Source: Anthoceros angustus (taxonomy: Eukaryota > Plantae > Anthocerotophyta). Taken from it: 64,000 bases of DNA. Below the pieces are notes generated by a model. The model worked only from the letters and a program-made list of their open reading frames with translations, ran no database searches and was not told the origin of the DNA. A program made the translations under genes and the position numbers. Positions 49,901 to 60,326 of the stretch are shown here, piece by piece. How positions within the stretch are numbered: position 1 is the stretch's first letter; the number at the start of each line of letters is the position of its first letter. The DNA is taken from NCBI GenBank assembly GCA_010909165.1, contig MU008169.1, positions 2,191,143-2,255,142 on the forward strand, given 5' to 3'.

Positions 49901-51686
49901 GGAAGGGCAAGATTGTACTTGCCCACACATTAGGAAGCGGACAAAGGCTGGGAAGGGCAAGAGCAAAAGGAGGCGAGGGAGCCAATCCACCACGGACACG
50001 TCACCACCGAGGTGAAGACTAGATATGGTCAAGACCATAAATGCTAGGTAGAAGAATAGGAAGGACGGTGATGTAATCGACATCCTTCGAGGATAGACTT
50101 AGGTGAAGTTGCTAGAATAGAATTTACCAAGGACAATAGACTTAGGTGCCGACATTAAATCTTGTGTAGGAAATAATAGAATATTGGAAAAGGTGACCTG
50201 TAGGGTCACCCAAGGGAGGTTGTATGTGGAAGGCCTCCTATAAGAGGAGGAGGATTTCACAAGTAAAGTATCATGTCTTGCGCCCACGCTCAGTCCTTTG
50301 CCATTACAGAGGAATTTCGTCAGTGAGCCAACACAGTCTGGTAGAGAGGAAGTCGCGGTGGTCGGAGTGCTTGGTGGAGGACTTGCTCGCAAGTGCCTAA
50401 ACGAGTTGCTCCCCTTGTGAATGGTTGCTGTGAAATTGCTTTGCTTTGGGTGTGTGGCAAATGCCGGGCTCTCGGCTTGAGGGTAGACTACAGGAAAGAC
50501 TCCTGGAGGTTCTCTGTCGTGTCAAACTCATAGCAACCGCCCAAGGAAGAACTTGCTGGTGGAGGCGGACCCAGGCGGTTGTGCGTAGCGGTCGAAACCA
50601 AGAAGCCATCGAGGTTAGACTAGGAGGAAGAGGATGAGGAGATGAGAAGATGAGTAGAGGATTAGAGGTGTAGGTGTTAGTGGAAGGCCACAGGCGAGCC
50701 TAAGGGACGAATCCCAAATCCCTGCAAGTAAACGAGCGCTCGAGTGGAGAAGAGTAGTCTTAAGTAGGAAATCGCGGTGTGAACCGGGGGTCCACAGGCG
50801 CCCGTGGTAGGCTCCTTCTTCGAGGCGGGACACACTGTGTTGTGTCGTTGTAGGTCAAAGTTTGGTCTTAGAAGTAGGGACGAAATCGCGGTGTGAACCG
50901 GGGGTCCACAGGCGCCCGTGGTAGGCTCCTTCTTCGAGGCGGGACCCGCATGTGTTGTGTCGTTGTGGGTCGAGGTTGGCGATTTCAAGCGGTGCAAGTG
51001 GTGCACTGTGAGAGGGAGAGTAGAGGCGCCTTGCTTGTTTAGAAGGCCGAGAGTGTGTCAGTGGCGATTGGTGATCACAAGGCCTCGAACTTTCACACAA
51101 GTCTCATGGGACGAAACCCAGCGTCTGACGGCAGTGGGATAAGTGTGGCCGCTATAGTGGGAGGACCAGGGCGCCCGAATTCTCCCTACCACACTCCCAT
51201 ACACACCACGCCTTGGCTATGAAAAGTGAGAGTCGGACTAGCACAAGCATTTAAGTTCCAGGACCCCAAGCTTCAAGGCTATTCACACGAGCGTTGATCG
51301 ATTACAAGTTCAAGGTAGGGATGTCATGCTCAACGCTGAGTTGGCTCACGCATCCACCAACCTCAAGCTCGTGAGAAAATATACGTAACGCTAGCTAGAG
51401 TGGTGTAGCACCGCCACTTGACCACGTGGCCATCGGTGTGAAGGTCCCGAAAGGAGAAGTTACCTGCTTGAGTCTGCCGTAAGTCAACGGCTTTTCTTTC
51501 ATGGGGATGAATTTGTGGTGTTTAGCCCTCGTTCATGCATTTCATTAACATTATTGATTGATTGAAGATTATTTGTCTTGTTTGAATTTTACCTTTGCAT
51601 TCGTCTAGACCATTTTACCGCAATCTATGTAGTTGCCATATTTCAATCCTATGACGAAGATCCGTCCTTAGTGGACTTGAATAAAT

Positions 51687-51859
51687 TTCTTCTTCTTCCT
51701 CTTCATCTTCTTCATCTTCTTCTTCTTCTTCTTGTTGTTCTTCTTCTTCTTCCTCCTCTTCTTCTTCTTCTTCTTCTTCTTCCTCCTCTTCTTCTTCTTC
51801 TTCTTCTTCTTCTTCATCTTCTTCTTCTTCTTCTTCATCTTCTTCCTCTTCTTCCTCTT
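51687..51859. repeat. (CTT)n microsatellite of unit Y
   Basis: Seen directly. Confidence 0.95.
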
Positions 51860-54408
51860 GCAAGTTATTAATTGTATTTAGAAAACTATGAAACTTCTTC
51901 ACCTCTAGGTATTGTATGTATACATGTTTAGTATAGTGATTATTTTTCACTAGCATAGTAAATAAAAATATTTATTTAATTATTTATGTATGCTATTCTT
52001 TGCAACAACAAAGAAACATACAACCATATTACATACATATCAGGCCCTTCTTGTTTCCACCTTTAAATTTGCATACTAAATTGTGCTAACATGAAGTCTT
52101 GCGATATGCAATCTCGCATCACTTGACCATGGTACACATCTAGCTCCGCATCCAAGACCTCGCACTTTTGACTATGGCGGAGGTTGGCTACCTCCTCTTC
52201 CTATAACATGTCCCTTGCACTCAAGGACATTTAAAGAGGAAGGTTCCTACTAGTATACAAACGAACATGAACGAACATGTAGCCCCCAAGGCCTTCAGGT
52301 ATATTGCCACACATAAATACAAGACAACGGATGAGGAATGTGGCGAGAGAGATGAAGAAAATTGAATCGAAAATGCTTGATAGAGAAAATTAAGAATAGA
52401 AAAATGCTTGAATAGAGAAAATTAAGAATAGGAAATGCTTGATAGAGAAAATTAAGAACATCACATCTTTTACACTAGGTGGTCTTGCTTAAGTTTTTGG
52501 GCAATTTTCTTAAAAGACTATTATTTACATCGAGATGCTATCATAACATAAAGTTCTATGATATGAATGCCGCATCAACTTTTTCCGCCACTCTCCAACA
52601 ATCTTGCGATATGCAATCTCGCATCACTTGACCATGGTACACATCTAGCTCCGCATCCAAGACCTCGCACTTTTGACTATGGCGGAGGTCGTTGGCTACC
52701 TCCTCTTCCTATAACATGTGCCGCCACACTCCCATTTGGGGTCGTTGGTTTGCCGCTTGTATTATCATTCGCATATCAATTGCCTCAATGGTCATTGGTT
52801 TGCCATCAAGATCCAAGTGGTTGTTTGGCTTAGTGGTTCGACGAGCTAAAGAAGAGAACCACAATAAGGGTTGCAACAAAGTCGGGCTCAAGTATCACAA
52901 AGTTAGAGACTTCAACTTAAACCGTGAGACAAGATCACAACAAAATCCAAATGTAAAATTGAAGTTCAAAACCGCCCAATCATATATCGACAAGCTAGGC
53001 ACAAGTAACACTAAATATGCACAAGTTCCACTAAGTACTTAAGCATCTAACTCTTATTCCTCTAAGTCATACATCCGGTCAAGGGAACTATGTTGGCATG
53101 TTATAACTTTGCACGCCATACATTTGCTCTTCACATGATACAAATTATAGACACAATGGCTAGTAGTCGAACTAAGTGCACACATTTGATTGTATTATGT
53201 GCATTGACCGCCACATTTGCATCAACACATTCCTCATTGTCCTCTACGAGTGTGTGCTTTGCAGCACCAAATTATGCTTCGTGGAGTGAGGCGCCAAGAC
53301 ATAATAATATATGAGATGGTAGTTGACCAAGTCTCGGACATGTTGTGTGCGACCGCCATAGCTTGGGATTACGTGGCTTCGCTCAACTTATAATCGATGC
53401 TAGTGGGCTTGGAAGATTGGTGTTATTATCCCATCTCTAACCCTAAAGAAGATTGAGAATCGTCATGAGCACATGAGCCATATGGAGTGGATGAAAAGCT
53501 CAAGACACCTAGAATGAAGTTTGACAAAGCGAATCAAGTAGCACAACAAAGATTAAGAAGGAGAAACCAAGGTTATTTAAGGTTGAGCTATTGGCTGATG
53601 TAGTACTTACTCTAGAACAAAATCCAAGACTTGCATAGAGAAATTACTATAGGCTCGCCACCATCGAGATCAATTTTCTTAAGCATGATTAATATATATG
53701 TTTCCACCCAAAACAATAAGATTGTGGATTCTCTTTAGGGAATTTGGTTTTGGATTGCATAGCTGGAGTTCCAACCTATACCACACCTGGCCGACAGCCT
53801 TGCGGATCAAATGCTTCTTCAATACCCGCCAGCCAATGATCCACCGGATGCTCGTCTTTAAAGTGATGCGTACATATCCGTTCAATTCTGTTGTTCAACG
53901 ATGTTTGTAGGTGTTCTTTTGCTAGTGAAGATGGGTTACTCATCTTGACCTCGCACTTTTGACTATGGCGGAGGTCGTTGGCTACCTCCTCTTCCTATAA
54001 CATGTGCCGCCACACTCCCATTTGGGGTCGTTGGTTTGCCGCTTGTATTATCATTCGCATATCAATTGCCTCAATGGTCATTGGTTTGCCATCAAGATCC
54101 AAGTGGTTGTTTGGCTTAGTGGTTCGACGAGCTAAAGAAGAGAACCACAATGAAACGGAAAAAACTATAAATAAATAGCTTGATATAAATAACAAGGATA
54201 ATAATTTTTATTTTTATTTTTATTAAAACTTAAAAGCAGAATGTCAAAATGTCTTTAAGAACAAGAAAAGAAACCGGATATCACCATCTTTTAGTGAACA
54301 ATCTTATTTGATGATGATCGAGAGTTATCATGAGCTTTTGATACGTTATCGCGATAGATTGCCTTGGAGGCCTATATATGTGGGGTCGTGTTGCAATCTT
54401 GAACAAAA

Positions 54409-55319
54409 TTGTGCTAACATGAAGTCTTGCGATATGCAATCTCGCATCACTTGACCATGGTACACATCTAGCTCCGCATCCAAGACCTCTGCACTTTTGA
54501 CTATGGCGGAGGACCTCCTCTTCCTATAACATGTGCCGCCACACTCCCATTTGGGGGTCGTTGGTTTGCCGCTTGTATTATCATTCGCATATCAATTGCC
54601 TCAATGGTCATTGGTTTGCCATCAAGATCCAAGTGGTTGTTTGGCTTAGTGGTTCGACGAGCTAAAGAAGAGAACCACAATAGTAGGGTTGCAACAAAGT
54701 CGTGGCTCAAGTATCACAAAGTTAGAGACTTCAACTTAAACTGTGAGACAAGATCACAACAAAATCCAAATGTAAAATTGAAGTTCAAAACCGCCCAATC
54801 ATATATCGACAAGCTAGGCACAAGTAACACTAAATATGCACAAGTTCCACTAAGTACTTAAGCATCTAACTGCACACCAAAGTGTGTAGTTACAAACCTT
54901 GGAGGTTAAGTAGGGTGCGTCCTACACTTTATCCGTAAGTCGTGTGTCAACACCTCCGAGCCTCCGAGAACCTCTCCCCTTGGAGCCGCATTGGATGACG
55001 AGCACCGCCACGCCTTGCTTTTTATTGAGCTTGATCAAGTCATCAAGACTCAATTTGCCTTCCTTAGCGCAACGGTTCCATACATATGGTGACCGCCACC
55101 GTGGTCCTTTGCCTTAAGCTTGATCAAGTCATGCTTATTCTTTTATTGAGCTTGATCAAGTCATCAAGACTCAATTTGCCTTCCTTAGCGCAACGGTTCC
55201 ATACATATGGTGACCGCCGCTTTTTATTGAGCTTGATCAAGTCATCAAGACTTAGATGACCACAACGTTGTCTTAGGTCCTCGAGCAACTCATAATTATT
55301 GCTTGGTCGAGGAATTCAT
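54409..55319 (-). pseudogene. ALY/REF-like gene, second near-complete copy (frameshifted)
   Basis: Three SLDDLIKLNK motifs at ~55015-55255, then LDGKPMTIE and SAEVLDAELDVYH; homologous to 58849-59826. Confidence 0.7.
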
Positions 55320-55472
55320 TATTGCTTGGATGTTTGTGCTCTATAATGTATTTAAAATTGGTCAATATGGATTATTTTTGTGAAAATATATTCAACCGTG
55401 GTGGTTGCTCTCAATATCCTAGGCAAATCAATTGTTAGGAGTTCTCGAGGTGGAACCCTTGCAAGGATGAGC

Positions 55473-55820
55473 AATTTTACCGACCACTTATTGTTTGATA
55501 GATGTTCAATTTTACCGACCACTTATTGTTTGATAGATGTTCAATTTTAGACCACTTATTGTTTGATAGATGTTCAATTTTATAGACCACTTATTGTTTG
55601 ATAGATGTTCAATTTTATAGACCACTTATTGTTTGATAGATGTTCAATTTTACCGACCACTTATTGTTTGATAGATGTTCAATTTTACCGAGCACTTATT
55701 GTTTGATAGATGTTCAATTTTATAGACCACTTATTGTTTGATAGATGTTCAATTTTACCGAGCACTTATTGTTTGATAGATGTTCAATTTTATACACCAC
55801 TTATTGTTTGATAGATGTTC
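55473..55820. repeat. 35-bp minisatellite (~10 copies, GACCACTTATTGTTTGATAGATGTTCAATTTTACC)
   Basis: Head-to-tail units with no spacers; also at 59978-60326 and ~56665-56760. Confidence 0.95.
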
Positions 55821-56777
55821 ACGAGGTGGAACGAGCGAGGATGAGCAACAACAAACCACTTCTTGTTAGGCTTTCCCGCTACCATGGCTCTTGTGAAAAT
55901 GTCCATCATGTTGAAGACGATTTTGCTCATGATGGTCTTTCTCTTGGCTTGAGGGCCACGCAATGTTTGGAGGTGCTACTACCAAGGACTTGCACGTGGA
56001 CTATGAGTTCCTCCGATGCGAATGTGGTGGCATGGTCATAGTTTTAACCTTATCAATGTTATGAATTGCGTAAACTTACGCCAACTTAAGGCTGGCCTTG
56101 ATGAACTTTGTGACGTGAACTAAGCAATGTCATGCCTAACACTTCAGCCCAAATGTGGTAACATGGTCATAGTTTTAACCTTATCAATGTTATGAATTGC
56201 GTAAACTTACGCCAACTTAAGGCTGGCCTTGATTGCCACGAAACCTTTTATGTTGAAGACGAGTGACGAAAAGACAGAGCACTCTTGCCATGGAGCTTTT
56301 TATGTTGAGGTGCACTTTTGGTCCTAATAGTTGGATCTGATAGATGTTCAATGCGTAGTTCTAAGTGATTTGGTTGTATGTACTGATGTAGCTTGTTGGG
56401 TAGAGGAAGGAAAAAGAGTTGACGGGTATTCTTGCCATGGAACTTTGATGTTGGGATCTACTTTTAAAGTAGTAGGGAGTTCTCATCCGATTATAAATGA
56501 AAATGTTTTTCATTTAAAGGTTTTAAATGGTCGTGATCTCTTTGTTGATTCTAATCATGGAGCTGCCAACATGTGTCTCCGAAAGGGGTTATTCGCCATT
56601 AAAGGGTTTGGGGTTCCTAAAGGCCAAAAACGACCTTCAAAACGGGCCAAAACGCATCATCTTGACCACTTATTGTTTGATAGATGTTCAATTTTATAGA
56701 CCACTTATTGTTTGATAGATGTTCAATTTTACCGAGCACTTATTGTTTGATAGATGTTCACGAGGTGGAACCCTTGC

Positions 56778-56885
56778 AAGGATGATTTCAAGGATGATTT
56801 CAAGGATGATTTCAAGGATGATTTCAAGGATGATTTCAAGGATGATTTCAAGGATGATTTCAAGGATGATTTCAAGGATGATTTC
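56778..56885. repeat. Nine perfect copies of a 12-bp unit (AAGGATGATTTC)
   Basis: Seen directly; only two copies at the related locus ~61274-61297. Confidence 0.95.
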
Positions 56886-57921
56886 AAGGATGAGCAACAA
56901 CAAAACAAAACAAAACCTCAAACAACAAAACAAAACAAAACCTCAAACAACAAAATCCAAATGTCTAAGAAACAAAGTCGGGCTCAAGTATCACAAAGTT
57001 AGAGACTTCAACTTAAACCGTGAGACAAGATCAAACAACAAAATCCAAATGTCTAAGAAACAAAGTCGGGCTCAAGTATCACAAAGTTAGAGACTTCAAC
57101 TTAAGGCTGGCCTTGATTGCCACGAAACCTTTTATGTTGAAGACGAGTGAAAAGAGGAAGGAAATGGGGCAATGCGCCTGAGGTTGGCGCATGCGAGTGT
57201 GTCAAGCCCGCGACGTCGGGCGCATTTGGAGTCCCCAATCTTGCCGGGCATCCAACGATGGAAGTGGTGTATTCGAGACTTAATCTTGCCGGGTGTCCAG
57301 TGAAGTGTTGGAGTGGATGCGCTGACGTCCGGCGTATTTGTATATGTATTATTTCTATCTGATAGAAGAATATGTGCTTTGGCAGGGGCCCGAAAAGTGC
57401 AGGAGAGCTGGAAATTTCCAGCAAGAAGACAGGAGGGGTGGGATTAGGACCCCTACATCTTTTGAATCTTTAGACATTTGGCTTGGGCCCAGCTCCAAGT
57501 GCACACCATACCACTTTCGTTGTCGCATTGCAGGCGAATCAAGAAGAGCATCGGTCAAGGAAGATATTATTGTGCCAAATGTCTAAGAAACAAAGTCTTG
57601 TAGGATTCCCATAGCGAGTATAGTCTTAGGATTGGTGATGCAGTGAAAGGTTGATCAAACAAGTTTGCACACCAAAATCACAGAAGCCCTAAACACTCTA
57701 AATGTTTGTACACGCGGATTGTGAGAATGACCTTCTTTTAGGAAGGCTCAAAATTGGATAAAATTGAGAATCAAATGCGTTTGTGCACACGTAAACAAGA
57801 CCTAAACTATTCAAAATGGTCTTTTTAGTGCGGATTTTTAGCATGCAATTTGGGGTTTGCGGCGTGTGCAAAAGGTTCTTGGAGAAACCCTTTCTACCCG
57901 ACGCTATTCCGGTAGAAACCC

Positions 57922-58353
57922 ATGGGAGTTAATGATATCGATCCCCTTGCTCCTTCTTGTCTGGTGGTAACACAATATCGGGCGGGGACTCGTGCATTGA
58001 ACTTGAGAATTTATGGTCTTGGTAATGACATTGTTGCACCACTTGTGGCTGCAAAGGAGTTTCTCAATAGGCTAGAGGTCGATGTGGTCGTTGCTCGAGC
58101 CTTGCTTGGAAAGGATCTTTAGAGACCGCATATTGATTATGACTTTTCACTCCATGGATGATCGCCTCCAGTTATGAAGGCTAGGTCTATGTTACACGAC
58201 TATATATCAATCGATCTTACACCATTGCAATGGAAGATTAAGAAGGAGAAGTTACCTTTGAGGCTCGTCAAGTCAACGGCTTTCTTTCATGGGGATGAAT
58301 TTGTGGTGTTTAGCCCTCGTTCATGCATTTCATTAACATTATTGATTGATTGA
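57922..58353 (+). pseudogene. LINE-1 ORF1p-like (RRM plus C-terminal domain) gene without ORF2, ~145 aa (frameshifted here)
   Basis: Consensus of copies: RRALNLRIYGL...FLNRLEVDVVVARALLGKD-RILIMTFHSMDDRL.VMKARSML...DLTPLQWKIKKEKLP...RKSTAFFHGDEFVV. This follows the RRNNLRIYG / I.V.F / DLT..Q pattern of Transposase_22-type ORF1. Confidence 0.68.
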
Positions 58354-58474
58354 AGATTATTTGTCTTGTTTGAATTTTACCTTTGCATTCGTCTAGACCA
58401 TTTTACCGCAATCTATGTAGTTGCCATATTTCAATCCTATGACGAAGATCCGTCCTTAGTGGACTTGAATAAAT

Positions 58475-58538
58475 TTCTTCTTCTTCCTCTTCATCTTCTT
58501 CATCTTCTTCTTGTTGTTCTTGTTGTTGTTCTTCTTCT

Positions 58539-58570
<32 letters not shown>

Positions 58571-58644
58571 TTCCTCCTCTTCTTCTTCTTCTTCTTCTTC
58601 TTCTTCATCTTCTTCTTCTTCTTCTTCATCTTCTTCTTCCTCTT
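58475..58644. repeat. (CTT)n microsatellite between the convergent genes
   Basis: Seen directly. Confidence 0.95.
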
Positions 58645-58848
58645 GCAAGTTATTAATTGTATTTAGAAAACTATGAAACTTCTTCACCTCTAGGTATTGT
58701 ATGTATACATGTTTAGTATAGTGATTATTTTTCACTAGCATAGTAAATAAAAATTATTTATTTAATTATTTATGTATGCTATTCTTTGCAACAACAAAGA
58801 AACATACAACCATATTACATACATATCAGGCCCTTCTTGTTTCCACCT

Positions 58849-59826
58849 TTAAATTTGCATACAGCTAAATTGTGCTAACATGAAGTCTTGCGATATGCAA
58901 TCTCGCATCACTTGACCATGGTACACATCTAGCTCCGCATCCAAGACCTCTGCACTTTTGACTATGGCAGGAGGTCGTTGGCTACCTCCTCTTCCTATAA
59001 CATGTGCCGCCACACTCCCATTTGGGGGTCGTTGGTTTGCCGCTTGTATTATCATTCGCATATCAATTGCCTCAATGGTCATTGGTTTGCCATCAAGATC
59101 CAAGTGGTTGTTTGGCTTAGTGGTTCGACGAGCTCGCGAAGAGAACCACAATAACTGCTAGGGTTGCAACAAAGTCGTGGCTCAAGTATCACAAAGTTAG
59201 AGACTTCAACTTAAACTGAGACAAGATCACAACAAAATCCAAATGTAAAATTGAAGTTCAAAACCGCCCAATCATATATCGACAAGCTAGGCACAAGTAA
59301 CACTAAATATGCACAAGTTCCACTAAGTACTTAAGCATCTAACTGGCACACCAAAGTGTGTAGTTACAAACCTTGGAGGTTAAGTAGGGTGCGATTCGTC
59401 TTGCTACACTATCTCAGAAGTCGTGTGTCAACACCTCCGAGCCCCGCCTCGAGAACCTCTCGCCCTGGCAGCCATATTCCGCATTGGATGACGAGCACCG
59501 CCACGCCTTGCTTTCTTTTTATTGAGCTTGATCAAGTCATCAAGACTCAATTTGCCTTCCTTAGCGGCAACGGTTCCATACATATGGTGACCGCCACCGT
59601 GGTCCTTTGCCTTAAGCTTGATCAAGTCATGCTTATTCTTTTTATTGAGCTTGATCAAGTCATCAAGACTCAATTTGCCTTCCTTAGCAGCAGCGGTTTC
59701 ATGCATGTGGTGACCGCTGCCGTGCTTTTTATTGAGCTTGATCAAGTCATCAAGACTTAGATGACCACAACGTTGTCTTAGGTCCTCGAGCAACTCATAA
59801 TTATTGCTTGGTCGCGAGGAATTCAT
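58849..59826 (-). CDS. ALY: ALY/REF (THO4/Yra1)-like mRNA export adaptor with triplicated N-terminal UAP56-binding motif and an incomplete RRM; may be a pseudogene
   Basis: ORF 59428-59826 has LSLDDLIKLNKK three times (compare ALYREF MSLDDIIKLNR) and then an RG-rich stretch. ORF 58849-59151 has NNHLDLDGKPMTIEAI (compare the plant ALY RRM end NNVQLDGKPMKIEI), GRGG, and KSAEVLDAELDVYH (compare SAEELDAQLDAY / LDADLDKYH). Probable intron at ~59215-59365. Confidence 0.75.
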
Positions 59827-59977
59827 TATTGCTTGGATGTTTGTGCTCTATAATGTATTTAAAATTGGTCAATATGGATTATTTTGTGAAAATATATTCA
59901 ACCGTGGTGGTTGCTCTCAATATCCTAGGCAAATCAATTGTTAGGAGTTCTCGAGGTGGAACCCTTGCAAGGATGAG

Positions 59978-60326
59978 CAATTTTACCGACCACTTATTGT
60001 TTGATAGATGTTCAATTTTACCGACCACTTATTGTTTGATAGATGTTCAATTTTAGACCACTTATTGTTTGATAGATGTTCAATTTTATAGACCACTTAT
60101 TGTTTGATAGATGTTCAATTTTATAGACCACTTATTGTTTGATAGATGTTCAATTTTACCGACCACTTATTGTTTGATAGATGTTCAATTTTACCGAGCA
60201 CTTATTGTTTGATAGATGTTCAATTTTATAGACCACTTATTGTTTGATAGATGTTCAATTTTACCGAGCACTTATTGTTTGATAGATGTTCAATTTTACC
60301 GACCACTTATTGTTTGATAGATGTTC
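59978..60326. repeat. 35-bp minisatellite (~10 copies) upstream of the ALY-like gene
   Basis: Seen directly; flanked by imperfect direct repeats CGAGGTGGAAC...AGGATGAGCAA. Confidence 0.95.

Larger units (their letters stand above)
22751..51193 (+). mobile_element. Family B Ty3/gypsy LTR retrotransposon (Athila-like), 28.4 kb as assembled, roughly 18 kb without internal duplications
   Basis: Two long homologous LTRs, PBS at 31244, gag-PR-RT-RH-INT, PPT at 42391-42403. No target-site duplication found. Confidence 0.9.
42404..51193 (+). repeat. Family B 3' LTR, interrupted by unit-Y sequence at ~43123-43769 and ~45648-46997
   Basis: TGTGG...CCACA termini; colinear homology with 22751-31243, including the accessory ORF (43830-45100, 47150-48900). 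Confidence 0.85.

Noticed and set aside
55473-55820. 35-bp repeats as a CRISPR array (also 59978-60326)
   Set aside because: Units are contiguous with no unique spacers, there are no cas genes, and the context is eukaryotic.
56719-57090. ORFs with KDDF or MISR repeats
   Set aside because: Translation of a perfect 12-bp array inside a mosaic, probably artefactual, region.
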